A DNA stretch of 64,000 nucleotides from Spirochaetia bacterium (GCA_965208575.1 CBDBOV010000005.1:1197092-1261091), one strand, 5' to 3'; counted from the stretch's first letter, positions 17,378-26,643 are shown. Made by a program: numbers and translations. Notes: generated from the letters alone by a model not told the origin.

Positions 17378-19547
17378 CAGGGCGATCCCATGCTGAAGGG
17401 GCTGGTAATCCTGTGATCGAGTCGTTAGGCTGTGGTCATGGAGCTTCAGGAGTTGCGCGAGGAGCCGCTGGCGGCGGCAACGCCGGCAGGTTTTGCGCTG
17501 GCCGAGGTGGTGGTGCGGTTGGTGCGACCGGACGAACGGGTCAAATGGGACGTGCTGATGGATCAGCATCACTACCTGGGGTTCAAGCGGTTTGCCGGGC
17601 GCGGGTTGCGCTATGTGGCGGAGTGGCGTGGCCGCTGGATAGCGCTGGCCGGCTGGCAGGCGGCAGCGCTCAAGTGTGCCGCGCGCGATCGCTGGATTGG
17701 ATGGCGCGGCAAGAAGATGTTCAGGCGCCTGCACCTGATTGCGAACAACACCCGGTTCCTGGTGCTGGGCGAGCGCGGCGTATTTGCGAATCTCGGCTCC
17801 TGCATGATGAGCGCGATGCTGCGCCGGCTGAGCGACGACTGGCTCGGGCAGTATGGCCATCCATTGCTGGTGGTGGAGAGCTTCGTCGACCCGACACGGT
17901 TCACCGGCACCATGTACGCGGCGGCGAACTGGAGCTACGTGGGCAACAGCAAGGGCTATGCGCGCTGCAACGGTCACTACACCGACCCGCACGGGCAGCC
18001 GAAGCGGCTGTACGTGCGCGCGTTGCGCGACGACGCTCGCGAGATCCTGCGCCAGCGCGCAGAGTTGGCCGCCTGCTGGCAGGCGCGGGTGCCGACCGCG
18101 GGCGGCGACCAGGTTGACAAGCGCAGTCTGTACGAGGAATTGCAGCAGATCCCGGATCACCGCCGTGGGCAGGGCCGCAAGCATTCGCTGGCGACCGTGC
18201 TGGCGGTGTACCTGCTGGCGATGTTGTCCAACATGCGTGGCCCGGTGGCGGCCGCCGAGTACGCGCAAGCGCTCGACCAGGAGGAACTGAAGCTGCTGGG
18301 GGCGTGGCGCAACCGCCGCACGGGACGCTACGAGCCGCCCCCCAAATCGACCATTCACCGGGTGGTGATGGCAACCGATGCCGAGGCGCTGGAGGCGATG
18401 CATCAGCGCTATGCGACGGCGCGCGTGCCGGCACCCGAAGCGCAGCAGCACCGGCAGGCACTGGCGGCCGACGGCAAGCGGATACGGGGCGCCAATCGCA
18501 ACGGCACGATGCGCTACGAGACTGCGACGCTGGTCGAGCACCGCACCGGCGTACCGGTCGCGAGCCTCAACTTTCACGACCAGAACGGCGAACTGGCAGC
18601 GGTTGGGGCACTGCTGGAGGTAGTTCCGATCAGTGGTGCGGTGATCACCCTGGATGCGCTGCACACGACACGCGACACCACCGTCAGTATCGTCGAGCAG
18701 CATGCCGCCGACTATCTCCTGACCGTCAAGGGGAACTGTTCGGAGACCTTCGAGGCACTCGCTACCATGCCGTGGGAGGACGCTGACGGGCGCTTCTCCG
18801 AGGACCCGCAGAAGGGCCATGGACGTATCGACCGGCGCCATATTGAAGTCCTCACCCCGCTCAACAAGACGCTCAACTTTGCCCATGTCGCGCAGGTGTT
18901 CCGGGTACGGCGCGAGCGCACCGACCTGAAAAGCGGCGAACATAGCATCGAGTACGCCTACGGCATCACCTCACTGGCCGCCACCTGCGCGACGCCGCAG
19001 CAACTGCTGGCCTGGAATCGCGGCCACTGGGCAATCGAGTCGAAGAATCATCATCGCCGCGACAACACGCTGTGCGAAGACGCCTGCACAGCTCGCAGCG
19101 GCTTCTCGCCGGCCAACCGTGCGACCTGCAACAACATCGTGCTGGCGCTGATCCTGCACCACCGCCGGTGGGACAACGCCGCGCAGGCCCTGCGCTACTT
19201 CACCTTACGCCGGAGCGAAGCCTTCAAGGCGCTGCTGGCGCGCGGCTGAAGCGACCCCAGCGCGCCTTTACCCCAGCACTCCGCTCAGCGATCTCGGCTG
19301 CTCCCAAACTTCCAGATACCGCACCGTGCCACTCCCTGAAGCCGGCAGGTTCCGACACGCGTAATCTGATCACCTCTGCCGCTACTGGCAACAGGTCCTG
19401 CCGCCAACGCTGCCTCCGCACGTCCCGAAGTGACGACTGCATCCGTCACTTCCGTCTCCCCAGCCTCAGTGACCGACCAAGCGACCTCTCTTGGGCAATG
19501 TTCGCATCGGGCCCCATCAAGACTCAGCAGAGCATGGGATGGCCGTG
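17378..19547 (+). mobile_element. Intact ISAs1-family insertion sequence (2170 bp)
   Basis: IRL CAGGGCGATCCCATGCT (17378-17394) and IRR AGCATGGGATGGCCGTG (19531-19547) match at 15/17. Perfect 8-bp target duplication CAGGCGCA at 17370-17377 and 19548-19555. Confidence 0.92.
17438..19249 (+). CDS. ISAs1 transposase with N-terminal DUF4338-like domain
   Basis: N-domain HHYLG..G..LRYVA..RDRWIGW..NNTRFL..ESFVDP..GTMYAAANW. DDE part PDHRRGQG, ADGKRIRG, TLDALHT, DYLLTVKGN, HGRIDRR, RGHWAIE...RDNTLCED. Confidence 0.92.
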   Translation: MELQELREEPLAAATPAGFALAEVVVRLVRPDERVKWDVLMDQHHYLGFKRFAGRGLRYVAEWRGRWIALAGWQAAALKCAARDRWIGWRGKKMFRRLHLIANNTRFLVLGERGVFANLGSCMMSAMLRRLSDDWLGQYGHPLLVVESFVDPTRFTGTMYAAANWSYVGNSKGYARCNGHYTDPHGQPKRLYVRALRDDAREILRQRAELAACWQARVPTAGGDQVDKRSLYEELQQIPDHRRGQGRKHSLATVLAVYLLAMLSNMRGPVAAAEYAQALDQEELKLLGAWRNRRTGRYEPPPKSTIHRVVMATDAEALEAMHQRYATARVPAPEAQQHRQALAADGKRIRGANRNGTMRYETATLVEHRTGVPVASLNFHDQNGELAAVGALLEVVPISGAVITLDALHTTRDTTVSIVEQHAADYLLTVKGNCSETFEALATMPWEDADGRFSEDPQKGHGRIDRRHIEVLTPLNKTLNFAHVAQVFRVRRERTDLKSGEHSIEYAYGITSLAATCATPQQLLAWNRGHWAIESKNHHRRDNTLCEDACTARSGFSPANRATCNNIVLALILHHRRWDNAAQALRYFTLRRSEAFKALLARG

Positions 19548-19604
19548 CAGGCGCAGCGTACTCGTTTCGCTGCACTCCCATGATCGGGTAGGGTAGCGCC
19601 GCCG

Positions 19605-20294
19605 ATGAAGGTTTTCGTCCACGGCCCCGAGTTGCGCGGCAGCTACCGGCTGCCGGACCTGGTGGTCGACACCCTGGCGGAGCGCAACCGTTCCGCCAAG
19701 CGCACGTACTACACCGTCGACTTCGATCGCGAACAGCGCCGCCGCGCCGACTGTTTCCTCATCTCCGCCGACACCGCGCTCGACTGGATGCTGGAGGACA
19801 CCGAGATTCTGGAGCGCAACCTGTACACCGATCCGGCGCGAACCGGAGCGGTGCAGCGCGCCCTCGGTGTGCTGGAGCGGGAGGTGCCGCTCAACGGCGA
19901 GCCGTTCGACCCCGATGACGCCCGCTTCCTGCGCGGTCTGAACGTATCCACCATGAAGCCGGGAATCATCGTCGACGCCACACCCGACGACGCGGCCCTG
20001 CAGACCCACATCCGCGCCATGCATCGAGCGCTCGGCCGGATTTTCTTCTATACCGCGAGCAAGTCGGAGGCGCGTGTCTGGGAGGTGGAGGCGGGTGTCG
20101 GCATCGCCGCCGCGGCGGGGCGGATTCACGGCGACCTGGAGCGCGGATTCATCCGGGCCGACGTGTTCAACGAGGCGCAACTCAGCCAGTTTCGCACGCC
20201 GCAGGAGGCCAGGGCCAAGGGCCTGCTGAAGGTCGTCGACCGTTCCTACCGCATTGCGTACGGCGACGTGATCGAAGTCAAGTTCAACGTGTAG
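19605..20294 (+). CDS. DUF933 / YchF C-terminal (TGS) domain protein lacking the P-loop
   Basis: FFYTA..EARVW..AAGRIHGDLERGFIRADV..KG....DRSYRIAYGDVIEVKFNV. No GxxxxGK(S/T) motif. Confidence 0.8.
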   Translation: MKVFVHGPELRGSYRLPDLVVDTLAERNRSAKRTYYTVDFDREQRRRADCFLISADTALDWMLEDTEILERNLYTDPARTGAVQRALGVLEREVPLNGEPFDPDDARFLRGLNVSTMKPGIIVDATPDDAALQTHIRAMHRALGRIFFYTASKSEARVWEVEAGVGIAAAAGRIHGDLERGFIRADVFNEAQLSQFRTPQEARAKGLLKVVDRSYRIAYGDVIEVKFNV

Positions 20295-21477
20295 ACCGCT
20301 GGCCGGCCGATCGCAACCGTTTGACGAACCACTCCCACTTGAGGACCGACTCGGAGGGCACGACCGCTTCCAGGTAGCGCCTGCCGACGCGAAAGGTGAG
20401 CCGGCGGCGCATGTCCACGGTGATCGACTGCACGCGCTCGATCGGCGTGCGCCACGGGTCGGCGCCCTCGATCAGCAACTCGCCTCTGGTGATGCGCATG
20501 GCGCCGGCCGCCACCTGGCGCGGCTGCCCGGAGGTGATGTCGAGCAGGGTCATCGGCTCGCTCGGCGCCGGCAGGCGCTCCTCGCTGTCGAGGCCGGCCG
20601 CGTGGAAGCGGCGGATGCGGTCCACGACTTCCGGCAGCGTGTGTGTTGGTGCGCCGCCGCGCCCGTTCAAGCGGCCATCGGCATCGACGCGCCAGGCCGC
20701 GCGACAGCGCCGGCACTCGAGCCGGTTGCCTGCCTCCCGCAAGCCGTCGATCAGGAAACAGTCCGGGCACGCCCACGCCACGTTGGCGATGCCGCGCGCG
20801 AAACCGCTGCCGGCTACCGGGTAGCGCGGCGCGCCGAGGGCGTCGACGGCGATGCGCCGCTCGATGTAGCCGCGGATGTCCGCCAGCGGCGTGCCGCGTG
20901 CAAAGTGCCGCGGCTCGTCCAGCTCCACGTGCACCGCGCCGCGGCGGAAGCGCGGCGACCAGCGCGGCGACTGCCGAAAGCCGTTGTAGATGCGCATCGT
21001 CACCAGCGGCACGTCGAGCAGGCGCACCAGTTTCTCGATTCCCGGCGCCAGCGGCAGCGGGCGCCCGTCCCAGGTTCGCTCTCCTTCCGGGAACAGACCG
21101 ACGTAGGCGCCGGCGTCCGCCCAACGCTTGAGACTGATAATGGCGCGCGCGTCGGCGGTGTACTTCATCTTCGGGACGGCGCCGAAGTGGACGAAAAAGC
21201 GGCCGAGCGGCCCTTCGCGGAAGTTGGAAGCGGTGGCCAGCATGGTTACGTGGTCACCCGCCGCGCGCACCATGATCGGCGGATCGAAGAAGCCGGAGTG
21301 ATTGGCCAGAAACAGGACCGGCTGGCGCCTCGGCATCCGCTCGCGCCCCGTCACCGTCAACTGCACCCAGCGCGACATCACCGCCACGAACGGCGGGCGC
21401 CACAGCCGCACACGGCGGCGTACGAGGTCGAGGTTGCGGGCGCTCGGCGGCAGCGCGGGCAACTGGCGGGCGGGCAT
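20284..21477 (-). CDS. Lysophospholipid acyltransferase (PlsC-like) with Cys4 motif and C-terminal extension
   Basis: NHSGFFD (HxxxxD), GLFPEGERTWDG, CPDC...CRRC. Confidence 0.88.
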   Translation of the reverse strand: MPARQLPALPPSARNLDLVRRRVRLWRPPFVAVMSRWVQLTVTGRERMPRRQPVLFLANHSGFFDPPIMVRAAGDHVTMLATASNFREGPLGRFFVHFGAVPKMKYTADARAIISLKRWADAGAYVGLFPEGERTWDGRPLPLAPGIEKLVRLLDVPLVTMRIYNGFRQSPRWSPRFRRGAVHVELDEPRHFARGTPLADIRGYIERRIAVDALGAPRYPVAGSGFARGIANVAWACPDCFLIDGLREAGNRLECRRCRAAWRVDADGRLNGRGGAPTHTLPEVVDRIRRFHAAGLDSEERLPAPSEPMTLLDITSGQPRQVAAGAMRITRGELLIEGADPWRTPIERVQSITVDMRRRLTFRVGRRYLEAVVPSESVLKWEWFVKRLRSAGQRSTR

Positions 21478-21766
21478 CAGTGGGCGGCGGCCGCGACGCG
21501 AACGTCCGCGCGCGCGAGCGGCCGCGCCGGTAAGGTGACCGGCGCGGGAGCGCAGGTCGGGAGCGAGTTTGCCATGACGGTGCGCCGTTCATCGTTGCAT
21601 GCCCGCGGGCCGCGCGACAATCGTGGATCATTGCGACCGGTACGGCCATCGTCGTCCAAGCCGCCGGCCGCGCAGCCGCGTGCGCCGGCGCCGAGCTGCG
21701 AAACCTGCGAACCCGACGCCGTTGTCAGTGCCGGGCGGGTGGGCTACCCTCTCTTCCGTCCCGCCG

Positions 21767-22525
21767 GTGACTGACCATCTCATCAAAGCGCACCTCTACC
21801 TGCACGCCGTCCTGCCGCAACTGGAGGAGGTGGTGCGCGTGGACGCGGCCGCGCAGGCGGTGGTGGCCGGTTGGCGCAGCAGCATAGCGCTGCAGGTGGC
21901 CGGTGGACCGGGCGTGCGGCTGGAGGTGGCCGACGGCCGCCTGAGCGCGGTGCGCCGCGGGCGCGGCCTGCCGTCGCTGGGGCTGCTGCTCGCCGGTCCG
22001 GCAGCCGCGGTACGGATGTTCGAGGCGGGCGGCGCCACGCCGCTGCCGTGGATCGGCGGCTGGCGGCTGCGCCTGATCCGCGGCCTGCGCGCGCTCAGTG
22101 GGCGGCTGCAGTACTACCTGAAGGCGGACCGGGCGCGGCTGGAGGGCGATGGCGCATTCGAAGCCGCCGTATCGATCCGGCTGGCCGTGCTGGCGTACGC
22201 CATCGCCGTGCTCGGCGAGTGCTGGGAGGAAGGACGCAGCATCGCGGCCGGCACAGCGGCGGACGGCACGGTCGCCATTGGCGTGGCCGGCGCCGCTCCC
22301 GTGCACCTGCGCAGCGCGGGTGGGCGGCTTACCGCATCGCGCACGGCGTCCCGGCCGGCCAACGTGGCGGTGGAATTCGCCCATGCGCCGGCGGCCTACG
22401 GAATCCTGTCGGGGAGCGCGGACCTGTGGACCGCGATCGGCATCGGTGACGTGCGCTTGCGGGGCCACCTGCTGCTGCTCGATCCGGTTCTGCAACTGAT
22501 GGCGCGGGTGGGGAGCTTCCTGTGA
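21767..22525 (+). CDS. Hypothetical protein with tandem SCP2 (sterol carrier)-like folds
   Basis: Two SCP2-like segments, e.g. LQVAGGPGVRLEVADGRL and AYGILSGSADLWTAIGIGDVRLRG..L. Coupled to the aminotransferase via GTGA. Confidence 0.55.
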   Translation: MTDHLIKAHLYLHAVLPQLEEVVRVDAAAQAVVAGWRSSIALQVAGGPGVRLEVADGRLSAVRRGRGLPSLGLLLAGPAAAVRMFEAGGATPLPWIGGWRLRLIRGLRALSGRLQYYLKADRARLEGDGAFEAAVSIRLAVLAYAIAVLGECWEEGRSIAAGTAADGTVAIGVAGAAPVHLRSAGGRLTASRTASRPANVAVEFAHAPAAYGILSGSADLWTAIGIGDVRLRGHLLLLDPVLQLMARVGSFL

Positions 22526-23772
22526 GCAAGCGGTTCCGCGATGGCGCAACGCAGTTCACGCGCGGCGATGCGCTGTTCCGGCGCGCGGCGCAGGTGATTC
22601 CGCGCGGCATCTACGGCACGCGCGGCCCGTGGCTGGTGGTGCCGGGGTCATACCCGCTGTTCGCGGCGCGCGGCCGCGGCGCCCGCTACTGGGACGTCGA
22701 CGGCAACGAATACATCGACTACCTGTGCGGCTTCGGGGCCAGCATTCTCGGATACGCCGACCCCGCCGTCGACGCCGCCGCGCACGCCGCCGAGGTGGCC
22801 GGGTTCGGCTTCAATCACCCGACCGCCGCGATGGTTGAGCTGGCCGAGTTCCTGACCGCCCGCATCGCCGGCATGGATTGGGCGCTGTTCGGCAAGAACG
22901 GCTCCGACGCGACCAGCTTCGCCATCCAGGTGGCGCGCGCGCACACCGGGCGCCGCACGGTGCTGAAGGCCGCCGGCGCGTACCACGGGTCGCATCCCTG
23001 GGCGACTCCCGGCGCGGCCGGCCTTACCGCGGAAGAGCGCGCGCACGTGCACGATTTCACCTGGAACGATCACGCCGACCTGGAGACGCTGGTCACGCAC
23101 CACCGGGACGATCTCGCCGCGATCCTCGTCACTCCCTACCATCATCCGCTGTTCGACGACTCCGAGTTTTCGCGCCGGCAGTTTCTGCAGCGGTTGTGCG
23201 AGCTCGCCCATCGGCATGGCGCACTGGTGATCAGCGACGACGTACGCGTGGGGTTTCGCGCCTGCCTGGACGGCTCGCACCGGGTATTCGAATTCGACCC
23301 CGATCTGAGCTGCTACTCGAAAGCGATCGCCAATGGCCACCCAATCGCCGCCTGCCTCGGCCGCCGGCCGCAGTTCGCGGCCGCCGGGGCGGTGTTCGCC
23401 ACCGGCACCTTCTGGATGCAGCAGGGGCCGATGGCCGCGGCAATGGCCTGCATACGGCGGCTCGAACAGATCGACGGCGTGGCGCTGATGCGGCAGCGCG
23501 GCACCGAGCTGATCGAGGGGCTGCGCCAGGTGGCGACGCGGCACGGCGAACGGCTGCACGTGTCCGGCCTGCCGAGCATGCCCAAGGTGCGCTTTGCCGG
23601 CGAGACCGATTTTCTGCGCTTCCAGCGTTTCTGCGCCGCCGCCACGCGCCGCGGCGCGTACTTCCATCCCTACCACAACTGGTTCCTGAGCACTGCCCAC
23701 AGCCGCGACGATATCGCCCGCACCGTCGACATCGCCGACGCCGCGCTGGCGGAGGTGGTCGCCGCGAGCTGA
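22522..23772 (+). CDS. Class III PLP aminotransferase (GSA-aminomutase-like, FumI-like subfamily)
   Basis: WDVDGNEYIDY, KNGSDATS, AYHG, SDDVRVGFR, PLP lysine in DLSCYSKAIANGHP, HPYHNWFLSTAH. Confidence 0.9.
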   Translation: MSKRFRDGATQFTRGDALFRRAAQVIPRGIYGTRGPWLVVPGSYPLFAARGRGARYWDVDGNEYIDYLCGFGASILGYADPAVDAAAHAAEVAGFGFNHPTAAMVELAEFLTARIAGMDWALFGKNGSDATSFAIQVARAHTGRRTVLKAAGAYHGSHPWATPGAAGLTAEERAHVHDFTWNDHADLETLVTHHRDDLAAILVTPYHHPLFDDSEFSRRQFLQRLCELAHRHGALVISDDVRVGFRACLDGSHRVFEFDPDLSCYSKAIANGHPIAACLGRRPQFAAAGAVFATGTFWMQQGPMAAAMACIRRLEQIDGVALMRQRGTELIEGLRQVATRHGERLHVSGLPSMPKVRFAGETDFLRFQRFCAAATRRGAYFHPYHNWFLSTAHSRDDIARTVDIADAALAEVVAAS

Positions 23773-23777
23773 CCCTA

Positions 23778-24767
23778 CTATCCGTCCCCGGCGCGGCGAC
23801 CGCGCTCCAGGTGCCAGTTCCAGCAGGCGCGCAGGCCCTCCGCGAGCGGCGCCACCGCGTAGCCGAGCTCGCGGACCGCCCTGGTGGAGCGGTAACGGCG
23901 GTTGCGGGCAAGAATACGGCAGGTGGGCATGGAAACCCGCGGCTCGCGCCCGCTCAGGCAACTGGCGCCGGTGTGCAGCAGCGCCATCGCGTGCAGCATC
24001 CACGGTGCCAACCGGCGCCGCGGCGCGGCAGCGCCCACCGCGGCGGCAATGGCTGCGAACAGCTCCCGGAACGACAGCGGATGGCCGCCGAGCACGTAGC
24101 GCCGGCCGGGGCGCCCGTGATCGAGGGCCGCCAGGTGCCCGGCTACCACGTCGTCGAGCACCGCGGCCGTGGTGCCGCCGGGCGGATAGCCTGGTACGCC
24201 GGCGGCAACCTCGCGCAGCAGCCGCAAGCCATTGCCGTTGCGGTCTCCGGCGCCGAACACCAGTGCGGGGTTGACTACCACCGCCGCCACGCGCGGATCG
24301 CCAAGCACCATTCGTTCCGCCTCGTACTTGGTGTCGAAGTAGGCGATGCCGCGGCCGTGCCAGTTGTACGCGGTGTTCTCGTCGCCCAGCTCCTCGCCGG
24401 GCACCGAACCGAGGGTGGCGATGGAGCTGGTGTGCAGCAAGGTGGCAACGCCGGCGCCGGCGCAGGCATCCAGCAGGCGTGCGGTGCCGTGCACGTTGAC
24501 CTCGCGCATTTCCGCGGCCCGGGCCGGCCAGTAGGACGCGCGCCCGGCGAGGTGGCACACCGCCTCCACGCCGCGCAGTGCTGCCGGCAGCGTGGCGGCG
24601 TCGCCGAGGTCGCCGGCCGCCAGATCCAGGTCGGCGCCGAGGATGGCGCGCGCCCGTTCCGGGTCGCGGACCAGGCAGCGCACGCGGTCGCCGCGCCGCA
24701 GCAGGGCGTGCGCCAGCGCGGCTCCGATCTGGCCGGTGGCGCCGGTTACCAGTACCGAGCGGGCCAT
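23778..24767 (-). CDS. NAD-dependent epimerase/dehydratase (extended SDR, DFR/HpnA-like)
   Basis: VTGATGQIG, HTSSIATLG, YFDTK (YxxxK), VNPALVFGAGD. Confidence 0.9.
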   Translation of the reverse strand: MARSVLVTGATGQIGAALAHALLRRGDRVRCLVRDPERARAILGADLDLAAGDLGDAATLPAALRGVEAVCHLAGRASYWPARAAEMREVNVHGTARLLDACAGAGVATLLHTSSIATLGSVPGEELGDENTAYNWHGRGIAYFDTKYEAERMVLGDPRVAAVVVNPALVFGAGDRNGNGLRLLREVAAGVPGYPPGGTTAAVLDDVVAGHLAALDHGRPGRRYVLGGHPLSFRELFAAIAAAVGAAAPRRRLAPWMLHAMALLHTGASCLSGREPRVSMPTCRILARNRRYRSTRAVRELGYAVAPLAEGLRACWNWHLERGRRAGDG

Positions 24768-24830
24768 CGGTCGGCGCCTCCGGTGGGCAGGCGGTACACC
24801 GGCACGTCGCCGTCGTCGTGTCCGCCGCGC

Positions 24831-25892
24831 TCAGCGGCGGCGGTGGGAGTGCAGCGGACGGTGCGCGGCATGCGGAGCAATCGCCCGGCTGTCGGGGGTG
24901 GTCTGGTGGATCGGCTCGCCGGGGCGGGGGCGCGCGCGCCGCGCTACCGTATGCAGCGCGGCCGCCGCCTGCCGTACCGCGAGCGGCAGCACCAGCGGGT
25001 ACGCGTGCGGCGCCCGGCGTCGTGCCCTCGCGCGGTGGCGTGCGCGGCCGCCCGGCGACTGCGTGCGCAACGCCTTGGGGGCCGGCGCCGGCCGCCACCC
25101 GGGCGGGCCGAACAGGTACATCAGCCGCTGCCGCAACGGGCCGCGTCGCATCACGTCGCGCACCATGGAACTCACCTCGTGAAAGGTCAGCGTCACCGGG
25201 TTGTGCGAGCCGACGTTCCTGGTCAGGCCGTAGACGACCGGTTCCACCTCCGGCTCGTAGGTGCCGAACAGGTGATCCCAGAAAATGAAAATGGCTCCGT
25301 AGTTGCGGTCCAGGTAATGCGGATTGGAGCCGTGATGCACGCGATGGTTGGAGGGAGTATTGAAAATACGGTCCAGGAAGCCGAGCTTGCCGACCAGTTC
25401 GGTGTGCACCCAGAGCTGGTAGAGCGTGGTGATCGAATTGATCGCCAGGATCGCCTCGGGGCGAAATCCCAGCAACGCCAGCGGCAGCATGAACACGAAG
25501 TGCAGCGGCAGTATGAACAGATTCAGGCGCACCGCAACCGTGAAGTTGTACTTCTGCGACGAATGATGGGTGACGTGGAATGCCCACATGAAGCGGCAGC
25601 GATGACCGAGGCGATGGAACACGTAGTAGATGAAATCGTTGACCACGAACAGCAGCGCCCAGGAATACCAGGACAGGCCCATGTCCACCACCGCGACGCG
25701 GTGCAGAAACGCGAACATGAGCAGGAACACTCCCTTGATGGCAGCCGCCATCAGCAGGTCGCCGAACGCCAGCGCGAAGTTCGCGGCGGTGTCCCTGATC
25801 TCGTAGGTGCGCAGGTTGTGCACCCAACTGACCGCGGTCTCGACCGCGATCAGCGCCAGGAAGCCGATGGCAATCAACGCCTCCAGGCTCAC
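24831..25892 (-). CDS. Sterol desaturase / fatty-acid hydroxylase family (alkylglycerol monooxygenase-like)
   Basis: His boxes HRLGH, HVTHHSS, HRVHH. QLWVHTE, NYGAIFIFWDHLFGT. Several TM helices. Confidence 0.9.
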   Translation of the reverse strand: MSLEALIAIGFLALIAVETAVSWVHNLRTYEIRDTAANFALAFGDLLMAAAIKGVFLLMFAFLHRVAVVDMGLSWYSWALLFVVNDFIYYVFHRLGHRCRFMWAFHVTHHSSQKYNFTVAVRLNLFILPLHFVFMLPLALLGFRPEAILAINSITTLYQLWVHTELVGKLGFLDRIFNTPSNHRVHHGSNPHYLDRNYGAIFIFWDHLFGTYEPEVEPVVYGLTRNVGSHNPVTLTFHEVSSMVRDVMRRGPLRQRLMYLFGPPGWRPAPAPKALRTQSPGGRARHRARARRRAPHAYPLVLPLAVRQAAAALHTVARRARPRPGEPIHQTTPDSRAIAPHAAHRPLHSHRRR

Positions 25893-26040
25893 GCGGCGCG
25901 TCCCCCGGCGTTGCTGTTGCGGCTCCGATGGGCCGCATTCAAGCGAGTAACGTTCGTCACGCAGGGCAAACTTAGGCGAGCGGCGCGGCGCAGGTCAACC
26001 GTCCCGGACGACCCGGACGACCCGGCGGAATCGGTCGACG

Positions 26041-26622
26041 CTAGCGCTCGCGCGCTGCGACCGTTGCGAGAAAGTGGCGGTGCAGGCGGCGGTCGGCGGT
26101 CAGTTCGGGATGGAATGCGGTGGCGAGGTGGGGGCCCTGCTGCACGGCTACCGGCCTGCCGTCCGGCAGCCGGGCGAGCACCCGTACCGCGGCGCCCGTT
26201 TCCCGCACCACCGGGGCGCGGATGAACACGGCGTGCAGCGCCGGCCCGCCGATGCCGTCCACCGACAGCTCGGTTTCAAAACTGTCCACCTGGCGGCCGA
26301 ACGCGTTTCGGCTCACGACCATGTCGACGATGCCCAGCGGTCGCGGGCGTGGATCGGTAAGGCGCCGCGCCAGCAGCACCATGCCGGCACAGGTGCCCCA
26401 GGAGGGAAGACCGTCGGCCAACCGGGCGCGCAACGGTTCGCGCAGCGCGTAGCGCTCCAGCAGCAGCGCCATGGTGGTGCTTTCCCCGCCCGGAATGATC
26501 AGGCCGTCCACCGCGGACAACTCGTCCGGCAGGCGCACCAGGCGGGTGTCGACGCCCAAGGCGCGCAGGGCGGCGCGATGTTCGGCGAAGTCGCCCTGCA
26601 GCGCCAATATGCCGATCAGCAC
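26041..26622 (-). CDS. pdxT: PLP synthase glutaminase subunit PdxT
   Basis: LALQGDFAEH, PGGESTT, GTCAGM, RNAFGRQVDSFE, FIRAP, FHPEL. Confidence 0.96.
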   Translation of the reverse strand: MLIGILALQGDFAEHRAALRALGVDTRLVRLPDELSAVDGLIIPGGESTTMALLLERYALREPLRARLADGLPSWGTCAGMVLLARRLTDPRPRPLGIVDMVVSRNAFGRQVDSFETELSVDGIGGPALHAVFIRAPVVRETGAAVRVLARLPDGRPVAVQQGPHLATAFHPELTADRRLHRHFLATVAARER

Positions 26623-26643
26623 GGCGACGGACGCCAGCCGCCG

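Noticed and set aside
17350-19596. Gene disrupted by the IS
   Set aside because: Rejoining the flanks gives only a 22-aa ORF (MKITGRARRSVLVSLHSHDRVG) with no recognisable features. The insertion looks intergenic.
21477-21575. 32-aa ORF coupled (TGATG) to the acyltransferase
   Set aside because: Low complexity, no clear RBS or motif, so it cannot be supported as a gene.
22522-23772. Calling the aminotransferase hemL
   Set aside because: It lacks the typical HemL PGGVNSPVR and NSGTEA motifs, and no tetrapyrrole genes are nearby.
26003-26029. CCCGGACGA short tandem repeat after pdxT
   Set aside because: Only 2-3 copies of a GC-rich 9-mer, consistent with simple slippage.
22648-26225. 1096- and 1115-aa ORFs spanning the lipid cluster
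   Set aside because: Arg/Ala/Gly-rich shadow frames crossing several well-supported genes.
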